DNA from: an uncultured Pirellulales bacterium
GTDB lineage: Bacteria; Planctomycetota; Phycisphaerae; Sedimentisphaerales; Anaerobacaceae
Direction of reading: 5' to 3'
DNA: 64,000 nucleotides
Assembly (NCBI GenBank): GCA_964628465.1
Contig: CAZVOA010000008.1
Location: 41,322 to 105,321, forward strand
Below the pieces are notes generated by a model. It saw only the letters and a program-made list of their open reading frames with translations, made no database searches and was not told the origin of the DNA. The position numbers and the translations under genes were made by a program. Each line of letters opens with the position of its first letter. Positions within the stretch are counted from its first letter, which is position 1. Below, in pieces: positions 27,100 through 35,233 of the stretch.

Positions 27100-28038
27100 C
27101 TATACGTAATTCCTGCTATACCAGTCAATAGCTATTTTTAATCCCTGTTCAAAAGAAACTACAGGTTTAAAACCGATAAGCTTTGTCGCGGCGGATATGT
27201 CCGCAAGCGAATGTTTTACATCGCCGGCACGCTCGGGAACATAATTCGGTTTGACGTTTTTGCCCAGAGATTTATTGATCATTTCGATTATCTGGTTGAC
27301 TGTCACGGCCTCGCCGCAGGCGATATTTACAACCTGGCCGCTGGTTTTTGGTGCCCTTGCGGCTAATAAATTCGCTTCTACTACATTATCTATATATGTA
27401 AAGTCCCTGCTCTGCTCGCCGTCGCCATAGATAGTCGGCGGCTGGTCTTTTAATATTGATGTCACGAAGGCGGGAATAGCCGCTGCATACTGGCTCTTCG
27501 GATCCTGATTAGGCCCGAACACATTGAAGTATCGAAGCGCTATTGTTTCAAGTCCATAAACATTACTGAATACGGAACAATAATATTCACCAACGAGTTT
27601 GCCGACTGCGTAAGGTGATAGCGGAGCAGGACACATTGTTTCAACTTTTGGAAGTGTTGGCGTGTCACCGTAAGCAGATGAACTTGCGGCGTAAACAAAA
27701 CGTTTTATTCCTGCGTCACGAGCCGCAAGTAAAAGAGTAAAAGTCGCGTCAACACAATGCTGATGAGATGCCGCCGGGTCATCGACACTTCGAGGAACAG
27801 AAGGTAAAGCTCCTTCATGAAAAACTATATCAATATCTTTCATAGCCGCACGTGCGACCTTTTCATCGCCCATATCAGCTTCTATGAACTCTATTTTATC
27901 AATAATTGAATCAAGGTTGCTTTTCCTGCCGGTAAGAAGGTTATCAACTACTCGCACAAAGCAATTTTGCGAGACAAGTTTTTTTGCAATATTCGAGCCG
28001 ATAAAACCAGCACCGCCAGTAACGAGAAATCTTTCCAT
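27100..28038 (-). CDS. NAD-dependent nucleotide-sugar epimerase (extended SDR, WbpP/TviC-like)
   Basis: Rossmann motif TGGAGFIGSN. ASSSAYG. Catalytic YAVGK (YxxxK). EQSRDFTYIDNVVEANLLA. 312 aa. Confidence 0.9.
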   Translation of the reverse strand: MERFLVTGGAGFIGSNIAKKLVSQNCFVRVVDNLLTGRKSNLDSIIDKIEFIEADMGDEKVARAAMKDIDIVFHEGALPSVPRSVDDPAASHQHCVDATFTLLLAARDAGIKRFVYAASSSAYGDTPTLPKVETMCPAPLSPYAVGKLVGEYYCSVFSNVYGLETIALRYFNVFGPNQDPKSQYAAAIPAFVTSILKDQPPTIYGDGEQSRDFTYIDNVVEANLLAARAPKTSGQVVNIACGEAVTVNQIIEMINKSLGKNVKPNYVPERAGDVKHSLADISAATKLIGFKPVVSFEQGLKIAIDWYSRNYV

Positions 28039-28238
28039 AAAAAACTCCTAATAAAAATTAGACCTAAGACACAAGACTTCAGACTTTGGTCTATAGTCTT
28101 TAGCCTGCTGTCTGTAATCTTTCTATATTTTATACATGATTTGGCTCGATTTGTGAAGCATATTTTACAAGCTTCTCAAAATCTGAAATATGTCCTGATT
28201 ATTTATGATTATATCACAAAAAGCTACAGAGTTCTGAT

Positions 28239-28353
28239 TTTGTCATCCTGAGTGAAACGAAGGATCTGGCCTGCGAATATTAAATATGTATCATTCGAAA
28301 CTTCTTATTCGAGAGCCAGATGCTTCATTTTCATGGGATTCAGCATTGACAAC
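28239..28353 (+). repeat. ~110-bp MITE-like palindromic element, copy A
   Basis: Left end TTGTCATCCTGAGTGAAACGAAGGATCTGGCC and right end AGCCAGATGCTTCA..CAGCATTGACAAC are imperfect inverted repeats. The whole element aligns with the reverse complement of 56439-56546. Confidence 0.7.
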
Positions 28354-28373
28354 ACGGGATCGGTCAGTTTGAG

Positions 28374-28471
28374 TTATGACTTTTTTCGAATGATATATAT
28401 CGTCTCCGATTGAACATCTTGGAAGTTTTATTCCAACTGTTTCACCTTTTGACGCTGATTTCACACTCTTG
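28374..28471 (-). pseudogene. 3'-terminal fragment of a U32 peptidase paralog
   Basis: The minus strand encodes KSVKSASKGETVGIKLPRCSIGDDIYIIRKKS*, compared with the intact gene's end NKSVESAAKGELVGMKLPRCSIGDDIYIIRKK* at 29654-29750. The nucleotide match is ~90% by eye. No upstream coding sequence remains. Confidence 0.65.
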
Positions 28472-28666
28472 AGCTATGTTCCCGTTGCGCCGGCATTCAA
28501 ATTTATTATCAAAATCAATCCGCTTTCATACGGCATAGACGGCTTAAGAGAAACGCTCATCAACGTACACTATTTCGGCATAGCAACCGACCTGCTAATA
28601 CTCGGCACAATTACAACAGCAATTATGATAATAGGAAGCTACCTTTTTACTAAAATCCAGCTTTAG
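28472..28666 (+). pseudogene. 3'-terminal fragment of an ABC-2 permease paralog
   Basis: It encodes ...FIIKINPLSYGIDGLRETLINVHYFGIATDLLILGTITTAIMIIGSYLFTKIQL*. The intact permease (31026..31793) ends IITKINPLSYGIDGLRETLISVHHFGIATDLIVLGSITTFIMIIGSYIFSKIQL*. Only the last ~60 codons are present. Confidence 0.7.
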
Positions 28667-28843
28667 ATAGTCACATCAAAAGAGGACAAGCTTTAGCCGG
28701 TAATAGTTATGATTTTTTATTTCATTTGATTTATTGCCCAGTTTGTTTGTGCAGGTAGTAACTCTCAAAAGGAAAATATATCCTATTTTAACAAAAAATA
28801 TTGTTTGTTTTGACAAATAAATCACATTTTGCACAATTAAGGT

Positions 28844-28871
28844 TTGACAAAACAAAATAAATTGTTAATAT
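28844..28871 (+). promoter_or_regulatory. candidate sigma70-type promoter for the PEP-CTERM gene
   Basis: TTGACA (28844-28849), 16-nt spacer, TAATAT (28866-28871), about 60 nt upstream of the ATG at 28932. Confidence 0.4.
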
Positions 28872-28931
28872 AGGTAGAAGTGTTATCTAATATAATTAAT
28901 AGTACTAAAAATGCCAAAAGGGAAAAGTTAA

Positions 28932-29576
28932 ATGAATTACAAAATCAGTATTATTGTATCTTTGATATTTGCTTCTTTACTATGTTCACCTTCATACGCT
29001 GATATTATTCAAAATGGGAGTTTTGAAAATAGCACAACGAACCCTGGAGGTTATTTTGTTACTCTTTCTGCTGGAAACACACAAATAACAGGCTGGACAG
29101 TTCTTGGCGATACTATAGACTATATGGATTCGCTAACAACTTGGGATGCCTCAGATGGAAGTCGCAGTTTGGATTTGAATGGAAATGGATTGGGCGGCGT
29201 AGAACAATCTATAAATACTGTTATAGGCAATACTTATAAGGTTACTTTTGATCTGGCTGGTAATCACACTAATCTGGTATTAAAGGAAATGAATGTCAAT
29301 GCTATCGGAGAAACTACACAAACACAGTCATTTTCATTTGTTACAATAGGTGATCATGATGATCGCAATATGGATTGGGTAACTGAATCATGGACTTTTA
29401 CCGCCGATGATACTATCACAAAACTACAATTCATTTCAACTATAACAGGAAATGCTGGTCCGGCTTTAGATAACGTGAGAGTAGAAAATATGAGTGTAGT
29501 ACCACTTCCAGGCGCTTTTCTGCTCGGTCTCATTGGAATGGGCATAGCTGGAATAAAAACAAGAAAATCCATATAA
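28932..29576 (+). CDS. DUF642/choice-of-anchor-like secreted protein with a PEP-CTERM sorting signal
   Basis: Signal peptide ISIIVSLIFASLLCSPSYA. IQNGSFE...GWTV...IDY...DGSRSLDLNG is DUF642-like. The C-terminus VVPLPGAFLLGLIGMGIAGIKTRKSI has the pattern P-x-P motif, TM segment, basic tail. Confidence 0.8.
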   Translation: MNYKISIIVSLIFASLLCSPSYADIIQNGSFENSTTNPGGYFVTLSAGNTQITGWTVLGDTIDYMDSLTTWDASDGSRSLDLNGNGLGGVEQSINTVIGNTYKVTFDLAGNHTNLVLKEMNVNAIGETTQTQSFSFVTIGDHDDRNMDWVTESWTFTADDTITKLQFISTITGNAGPALDNVRVENMSVVPLPGAFLLGLIGMGIAGIKTRKSI

Positions 29577-29653
29577 CAAAATTGGTTTCTTGCCCATCGT
29601 AGTCCAAATGCTTTTCACTAAAGATTCTCGGCGGAGACATTTTATTTCAATTA

Positions 29654-30832
29654 TTACTTTTTTCGAATGATATATATATCGTCTCCGATTGAACATCTTG
29701 GAAGTTTCATTCCAACTAATTCACCTTTTGCCGCTGATTCCACGCTCTTGTTTTCAATCTCCAGGCTTTCGACAGTCAATCTCTTAATAGCTTTCTTTTT
29801 GGAAATCAGATATATTTCATCGCCAACTTTAATTGTTCCACTTAACATTTTCACAGTAGCCGCTCCAGCTTTTTGCCAGTATTTTTCTATTCTTCCTACT
29901 AATTCTTTTCTTTCGGTCTGTTCTCCATTTTCGGAATAGGAGAAATCGTCTGAGGTTGGCATTTTAATGTAAAATCCTGACGAGAAACCTCTGTTGTAAA
30001 CTTTTTCCAGCCTTTTAAGACCTTCATTTATTTCTTCTCTTGAGAGCTTTTTGTCGATGGCTTTCCTATACTCTTCTGTTACTATTTTTACGTATTCAGG
30101 ATTCCTGCTTCTTCCCTCAATTTTGAAGGATGTGACACCCGCTCTTTTTATTTTTTCTATGAAAGGGAGTGTGCAAAGGTCTTTGGCCGACATTACCCTG
30201 TTGTTTTGAAGTTGAAGCTCGTTTCCTGTATCATCTGTGATTGTATATGCTCTTCTGCAGGGGTGAATACATTGCCCCCTGTTGGCTGATAGTCCATGAA
30301 GAAACTGGGAAGTAAAGCATCTTCCTGATACTGAAACACACATCGCGCCATGGACGAAACATTCAGTCGGAATCACTTTTGATATTTTCTTAATTTGTTT
30401 GAGATTTAATTCCCTTGCAAGAACTATTCTTTCCGCTCCGAGTTGTTTGTAGAATCTCGCAGCTTCTACGTTTGATACGGAGGCTTGCGTTGATATATGG
30501 AAAGGAATTTCATACTTGCGGCTGAGATTGATAACTGACATATCCCAACAGATAATTGCATCTACATTCCCTTTGATTTTCTGTATTAGATTATCCAGCT
30601 TTTTTAACTCAAAGTCATAAATTATTGTGTTTAATGTCAGGTAAACTTTAGGCTTTCTCGGAGAGTTCTCACATATTATTTTGATTTTTTTCAGGTCACT
30701 TACCTTGAAATTCTTTGCGGTATCACGCATATTGAATTCCTGCAACCCCAGATAAACCGCGTCAGCCCCGGCCTCGATGGCAGTATATAGTGTCGTGAAG
30801 TCTCCAACCGGGGATAATAATTCGTATTTCAT
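29654..30832 (-). CDS. peptidase U32 family protein
   Basis: 392 aa. ECFVHGAMCVSVSGRCFTS is a near match to the U32 signature. Also FKIEGRSRNPEYV. Confidence 0.88.
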   Translation of the reverse strand: MKYELLSPVGDFTTLYTAIEAGADAVYLGLQEFNMRDTAKNFKVSDLKKIKIICENSPRKPKVYLTLNTIIYDFELKKLDNLIQKIKGNVDAIICWDMSVINLSRKYEIPFHISTQASVSNVEAARFYKQLGAERIVLARELNLKQIKKISKVIPTECFVHGAMCVSVSGRCFTSQFLHGLSANRGQCIHPCRRAYTITDDTGNELQLQNNRVMSAKDLCTLPFIEKIKRAGVTSFKIEGRSRNPEYVKIVTEEYRKAIDKKLSREEINEGLKRLEKVYNRGFSSGFYIKMPTSDDFSYSENGEQTERKELVGRIEKYWQKAGAATVKMLSGTIKVGDEIYLISKKKAIKRLTVESLEIENKSVESAAKGELVGMKLPRCSIGDDIYIIRKK

Positions 30833-31025
30833 ATTCTCTTAATTATTTTTTATTTTAAGTGTTAAATTCTGATTATCTTTACATTTATAAAATACTTTAT
30901 TTAAAGTAAAAAAGCTAAGAGATTTTTCACTTAAAACTTCAAACAACTAAAAACTATTTAAAGTCAGAGAACACTGAGAAAAACAACTTAAAACTAAATA
31001 CTATAAACGAACGACTAACGACTAA

Positions 31026-31793
31026 TTAAAGTTGTATTTTTGAGAAGATGTAGCTGCCTATTATCATAATAAAGGTTGTGATTGAGCCGAGAACGATAAG
31101 GTCGGTTGCAATTCCGAAATGATGCACACTTATAAGCGTTTCTCTCAAGCCGTCAATGCCGTAAGATAGCGGATTAATCTTCGTAATAATCCGAAGCGGA
31201 GCCGGTATATTGTCATCTAATGGGAACAATGCACCGGAAAGGAAGAACAGCGGCATAATTAAAAAGTTGATGATTAACTGGAAGCCGTGGAAATCCTCCA
31301 TTAACGACGCAATCGCGGTTCCGAGTGCAGTAAACAGCAGAGCAATCAGGAAAATGAAAACCAGCGCCAACGGCATCATCGCACTGAACTGCGGCCTGAA
31401 TCCGATTGCTAACGAAATGACCAGAATTATTAAGCCCTGGCACGCGGCGATTGTTGCCCCGCCGAGTGTCCTGCCGAGCATAATATTGATGCGCGAAGTC
31501 GGGGCAACGAGCGTTTCTTTCAGGAAGCCGAACTGCCTGTCCCAGATGATTTCGATTCCGGAAAACGTGCCTGTAAAAATGATTCCCATCGCGATTATGC
31601 CGGGAGCGAGAAAGTTGATATAGTTACCTTCGCCGGCTTTCTGGTAAATTCTGCCCATACCGAAACCCAGCGCGAGCAGGAACAATAACGGCTGCCCCAG
31701 TGAGCCGATGATTCGAGCTTTTGAGCGAAAATAACGTTTAATCTGCCTTAGCCATAAAATATATATCGTTGTCATCCTCGTTTCCTTCTCCAC
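31026..31793 (-). CDS. ABC-2 type transporter permease
   Basis: 255 aa, 6 TM segments. The N-terminus IYILWLRQIKRYFRSKARIIGSLGQPLLFLL is typical of ABC-2 (DrrB-like) permeases. Overlaps the upstream ATPase gene. Confidence 0.9.
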   Translation of the reverse strand: MEKETRMTTIYILWLRQIKRYFRSKARIIGSLGQPLLFLLALGFGMGRIYQKAGEGNYINFLAPGIIAMGIIFTGTFSGIEIIWDRQFGFLKETLVAPTSRINIMLGRTLGGATIAACQGLIILVISLAIGFRPQFSAMMPLALVFIFLIALLFTALGTAIASLMEDFHGFQLIINFLIMPLFFLSGALFPLDDNIPAPLRIITKINPLSYGIDGLRETLISVHHFGIATDLIVLGSITTFIMIIGSYIFSKIQL

Positions 31794-32641
31794 ATCCGCC
31801 TGCCGATTCTCATCTTATCGAGCGCGTCGGCGGATTCGCTGCGAATAGTCATGCCGGTCAATTTGAGGAACGCTTCTTCGAGAGAAGATGTGCCGGTTCG
31901 CTCTTTCAATTCGCCGGAAGTTCCCTGCGCGACAATTTTGCCATGGTCGATGATTGCGATTTTCCGTGCGACTTTTTCCGCTTCTTCCATGTAATGCGTT
32001 GTCAGGAAAACGGTCATATTCTCTTTTTCGTTGAGCTTGTTTATATGGCTCCAGATGTGGTTCCTTGTTTGCGGATCAAGCCCGAGAGTCGGCTCGTCAA
32101 GGAACAGGATTTTGGGGTGGTGTATCAAACCTCGCGCGACTTCGAGCCTTCTGCTCATGCCGCCGGAGAATGTTTTTACTAAGTCATTTCGCCTGTCCCA
32201 AAGCTCTACGAATTTCAGAAGTTCTTCGATTCTTTGCCTGCGAATATCTTTTGGAACTTTATACAAAACGCCGTGAAATTCCATGTTTTCCCATGCGGTC
32301 AATTCATCGTCGAGGCTCGGATCCTGAAAAACTATTCCGAAACTCTTGCGGATGTTGTCCTGTTGAGTTGATGGATCATAGCCGTTGATGCGGATGTGCC
32401 CGCTTGTTGGATTGAGCAGAGTAGTAAGCATTTTTATCGTAGTAGTTTTACCCGCACCGTTGGGACCGAGAAACGCGAAAATTTCTCCCTGCATGATTGA
32501 AAATGAAATATCATCAACGGCGGCGATATCGCCGAATTTCTTCGTCAGATTTGTTACTTCGATTATATTCATGTTTTCAGTTGAAATATTACTCATAACT
32601 TTAACTACAGATGGACTGAATTTAACTTTATTATCAGCCAA
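31772..32641 (-). CDS. ABC transporter ATP-binding protein (DrrA-like)
   Basis: Walker A GPNGAGKTT, signature FSGGMSRRLEVA, Walker B ILFLDEPTLGLD, H-loop LTTHYM. The true start may be an internal Met (MSNIS... or MNIIEV...). Confidence 0.92.
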   Translation of the reverse strand: MADNKVKFSPSVVKVMSNISTENMNIIEVTNLTKKFGDIAAVDDISFSIMQGEIFAFLGPNGAGKTTTIKMLTTLLNPTSGHIRINGYDPSTQQDNIRKSFGIVFQDPSLDDELTAWENMEFHGVLYKVPKDIRRQRIEELLKFVELWDRRNDLVKTFSGGMSRRLEVARGLIHHPKILFLDEPTLGLDPQTRNHIWSHINKLNEKENMTVFLTTHYMEEAEKVARKIAIIDHGKIVAQGTSGELKERTGTSSLEEAFLKLTGMTIRSESADALDKMRIGRRMWRRKRG

Positions 32642-32896
32642 ACAATTCTTTTACTAAGTTTCATGCCGAAAAACAAGAAAATACTTTTTAATTATTACCA
32701 AAACCGAGGGATACAGCCGAGGGAGCTTTGGGTGAGAATACCGAAAAAATAACTTAAAATTAAAAACTAAAAACCAGGCACTAACAAAAATCTTCGCGGG
32801 GGATTAAAATATTTCTGTCTTTCTTCTCAATTTATTAGTAAGGTATCCCCAGATAATCGCTGTCGTTCACCCTCTTGCGTTTTTCTAACATTATAA

Positions 32897-34612
32897 CTAA
32901 TAATGCAATTGTTGCCTCATTAAAGGTTTTATATGAAAGAGTTGTTCTATGAATAATTTTGTTTGTTCTTTGTGAGCTTTTATAACAGCATCAATTAATG
33001 ATTTCTGTGTTAAATTATATCCTATATTTAACTTGTAAAAGTTACGTAGTTTTCCAAGTCCCTCTTTTCCAGCAATTATCAAATGTCTTTTTGTTTTATT
33101 TTTCCAACATTTATCAAAAATAGGTTTATATTGTTTAACTATGCTTTTGGGATCTATTTTGGGCTCGACAAACCGTTCATGAAGTGTTTGATAACTTCCA
33201 AAGCAATCGTACTCGATATCATTAAAAACATCACTCCAATATTTAGAGAATTTTTTCTTTAGATTTGATGGGATAAGTATTTCTAATATTTCAGGTGTAA
33301 GAAATATATTTTCTATTTCTTTCCCAGGTGTAAAAATGGTTCTAATATTATGATTCTTCATTTTTTCATAAATTGAACTTAGATAATTTTGGGGATAATA
33401 GTCTCTATCAAGTAGCATTGTGTGAGAGGTAGTACACCCAAGCAATAATTCATAAGCTTCTTTATAAGCAATTGTTTTATAATATTCACTTATTCCATGA
33501 AGAGGAATATTAAATACTCTTTTTTTGATACCAAGAACTTCTGATAGATTATTAATTATCGAAAAATCAAATGTATCTTCAGTGTACATTATTAAATCAT
33601 AACTCTGGAATTGAGAGGCTATAAGATTAAAATTACTCCCAATTCTTGAACGTATCAGATCAAGAGCTACTCTATCTTTAGTAGTTTTCATAAGAGGCTT
33701 TCGTTCCTGCTTTTGAACATGAATAATGTGACTCACATTTACATTGTTCATTAATTCAACCGAGTGAGTTGCAATAATAGAACTTTGATTATGATAATCA
33801 TTTAAAATACGCAATAAATCATTTTGTTTCTCAGGATGCAGATTAATTTCTGGTTCATCTAAAACAAGTATAGATGAGGATCTAAGACGCACTAAATGTG
33901 TAACAATTTGAAACCATACTTGTAGTCCCTGACCAGCCCAAGCAATTTCTCTTTCTATCCTGCCTTCCTTGTAAAAACATTTTAACAGATTATCTTCATG
34001 GTCATGATTACAATCAAGAAGTTCTATTGATGGCCATGATTCTTTGATTATGCTTTGAACTGTTTTGTATTCATCATGACTAAGAATTTGCACTAAATGA
34101 TTTCGCAGATGTCTTGGAGCTAAATTTGTTTCAATACTTTTTTTGATGTGTTCTTCACTTAGAATCTCTTCGTTTTCAGCCAGAGGACCTAAGGGAGGAA
34201 TAATTCCTAAGACATTATTTAAATCATGCGGAATAAAACCTCCTATATAATCAGTATATACCATATCCATTTCTGCATCAAGAATCATGGTCATTTCAAA
34301 TCCATCATTTAAAATAACTTTAATTTTTGCTTTTGTTCCTTGATAGTTATGAAGCATTCTACCAATATTAAGGTTTTGAATATCTTGCTGTGGGAGACGA
34401 TAGTATTCGTTATTATCAATTAAAACAAGATGTCGCTTTTTTCCAACGCTATTAAATGCAGAATTTATCAATTTTAAAGCAAAAATAATATTGGATTTTC
34501 CCTCATTATTTTTTCCAGTTAGTAGAATACATGTTTGTTCTTCTTGATCAAACGTTATTTGATAAGATTTAAAAGGACCGAAATTTTCAAGAAAAAGATT
34601 TTTAATTCTCAT
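32897..34612 (-). CDS. ABC/AAA_15-21-type ATPase fused to a Toprim/DUF4435-like C-terminal region (OLD/PARIS-like defence candidate)
   Basis: 571 aa. Walker A GKNNEGKS. GQGLQ. Walker B ILVLDEPEINLHPEKQ. ATHS. The C-terminal part carries LIMYTEDTFDF and LLDRDYY, acidic motifs spaced as in Toprim-like nucleases. The gene is visibly more AT-rich than its neighbours. Confidence 0.7.
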   Translation of the reverse strand: MRIKNLFLENFGPFKSYQITFDQEEQTCILLTGKNNEGKSNIIFALKLINSAFNSVGKKRHLVLIDNNEYYRLPQQDIQNLNIGRMLHNYQGTKAKIKVILNDGFEMTMILDAEMDMVYTDYIGGFIPHDLNNVLGIIPPLGPLAENEEILSEEHIKKSIETNLAPRHLRNHLVQILSHDEYKTVQSIIKESWPSIELLDCNHDHEDNLLKCFYKEGRIEREIAWAGQGLQVWFQIVTHLVRLRSSSILVLDEPEINLHPEKQNDLLRILNDYHNQSSIIATHSVELMNNVNVSHIIHVQKQERKPLMKTTKDRVALDLIRSRIGSNFNLIASQFQSYDLIMYTEDTFDFSIINNLSEVLGIKKRVFNIPLHGISEYYKTIAYKEAYELLLGCTTSHTMLLDRDYYPQNYLSSIYEKMKNHNIRTIFTPGKEIENIFLTPEILEILIPSNLKKKFSKYWSDVFNDIEYDCFGSYQTLHERFVEPKIDPKSIVKQYKPIFDKCWKNKTKRHLIIAGKEGLGKLRNFYKLNIGYNLTQKSLIDAVIKAHKEQTKLFIEQLFHIKPLMRQQLHY

Positions 34613-34970
34613 ATGTTATAACTTTAAACAACCCGATTATTACAATATATACTTTCATAAATTCGGATTCACTATATTTATTTTTCAGATTATTTCACTT
34701 CTTTGCCCTAAACATCAGGATATTTTCGCAAGTTGTATTTTATATTATAGATAGTTATTGTGCAATAGTAATACTTTTATTTTTAGACAGGCCCCTTGGG
34801 CTCCAAGGGAGATTTACAAAGATAATATTTCCTGTTTATCTTCCTCGGAGTCCAAGGGACTTTTAATATTTTATTTTCTCTGTGTTCTCTGAGACCTCTG
34901 TGGCTAAAAAATAGAATACTGGATTCCCGCCGGAGTTTACCCCATGGGGGCGGGAATGACAAAGTCCATA

Positions 34971-34997
34971 ATCTGCGACAATCTGCGTTCATCTGCG
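34971..34997. repeat. three ATCTGCG (CGCAGAT) heptamers at exact 10-nt phasing
   Basis: ATCTGCG starts at 34971, 34981 and 34991. The same triplet at the same phasing occurs in the opposite orientation at 39626-39652. Confidence 0.75.
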
Positions 34998-35100
34998 GAT
35001 AAGAAATATTTGGTTGTAGTTGAGACGTGATGGGCTTTTTGTGGCTCAAAACATCCTATCTTAACATGTGTTATTTTTTGTGGTTTATAATTATGAACTT

Positions 35101-35109
35101 TGCTATAAT
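35101..35109 (+). promoter_or_regulatory. candidate extended -10 promoter element upstream of dxs
   Basis: TGCTATAAT (TGnTATAAT), 125 nt upstream of the dxs ATG. The -35 is weak. Confidence 0.3.
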
Positions 35110-35233
35110 GCCAGAAGTAATAAAGGTAGTATTTATTTTGCAAAATAGCATTTTTTAACAAAAAGTGCATAGGCGCATAAGTGCAAAAGTTCATAAGTCT
35201 TTTGTTCTTTAGCACTTATGCCCTTATATTTTT

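Noticed and set aside
28469-28666. 65-aa ORF as a small membrane-protein gene.
   Set aside because: It corresponds to the last ~60 residues of the ABC-2 permease family present at 31026-31793, with a TTG start created at the rearrangement junction. It is a gene fragment.
34783-35215. 88-aa and 92-aa minus-strand ORFs in the gap upstream of dxs. Likewise the 70-aa ORF at 51609-51821.
   Set aside because: Their sequences are translations of the word and hairpin repeats (for example SFPPPWGKLRRESS, LREHRENK, MQRRGEKINKIQKSSYCCVSKFPATLRLCV). The same peptides would appear wherever the repeats occur. They are not genes.
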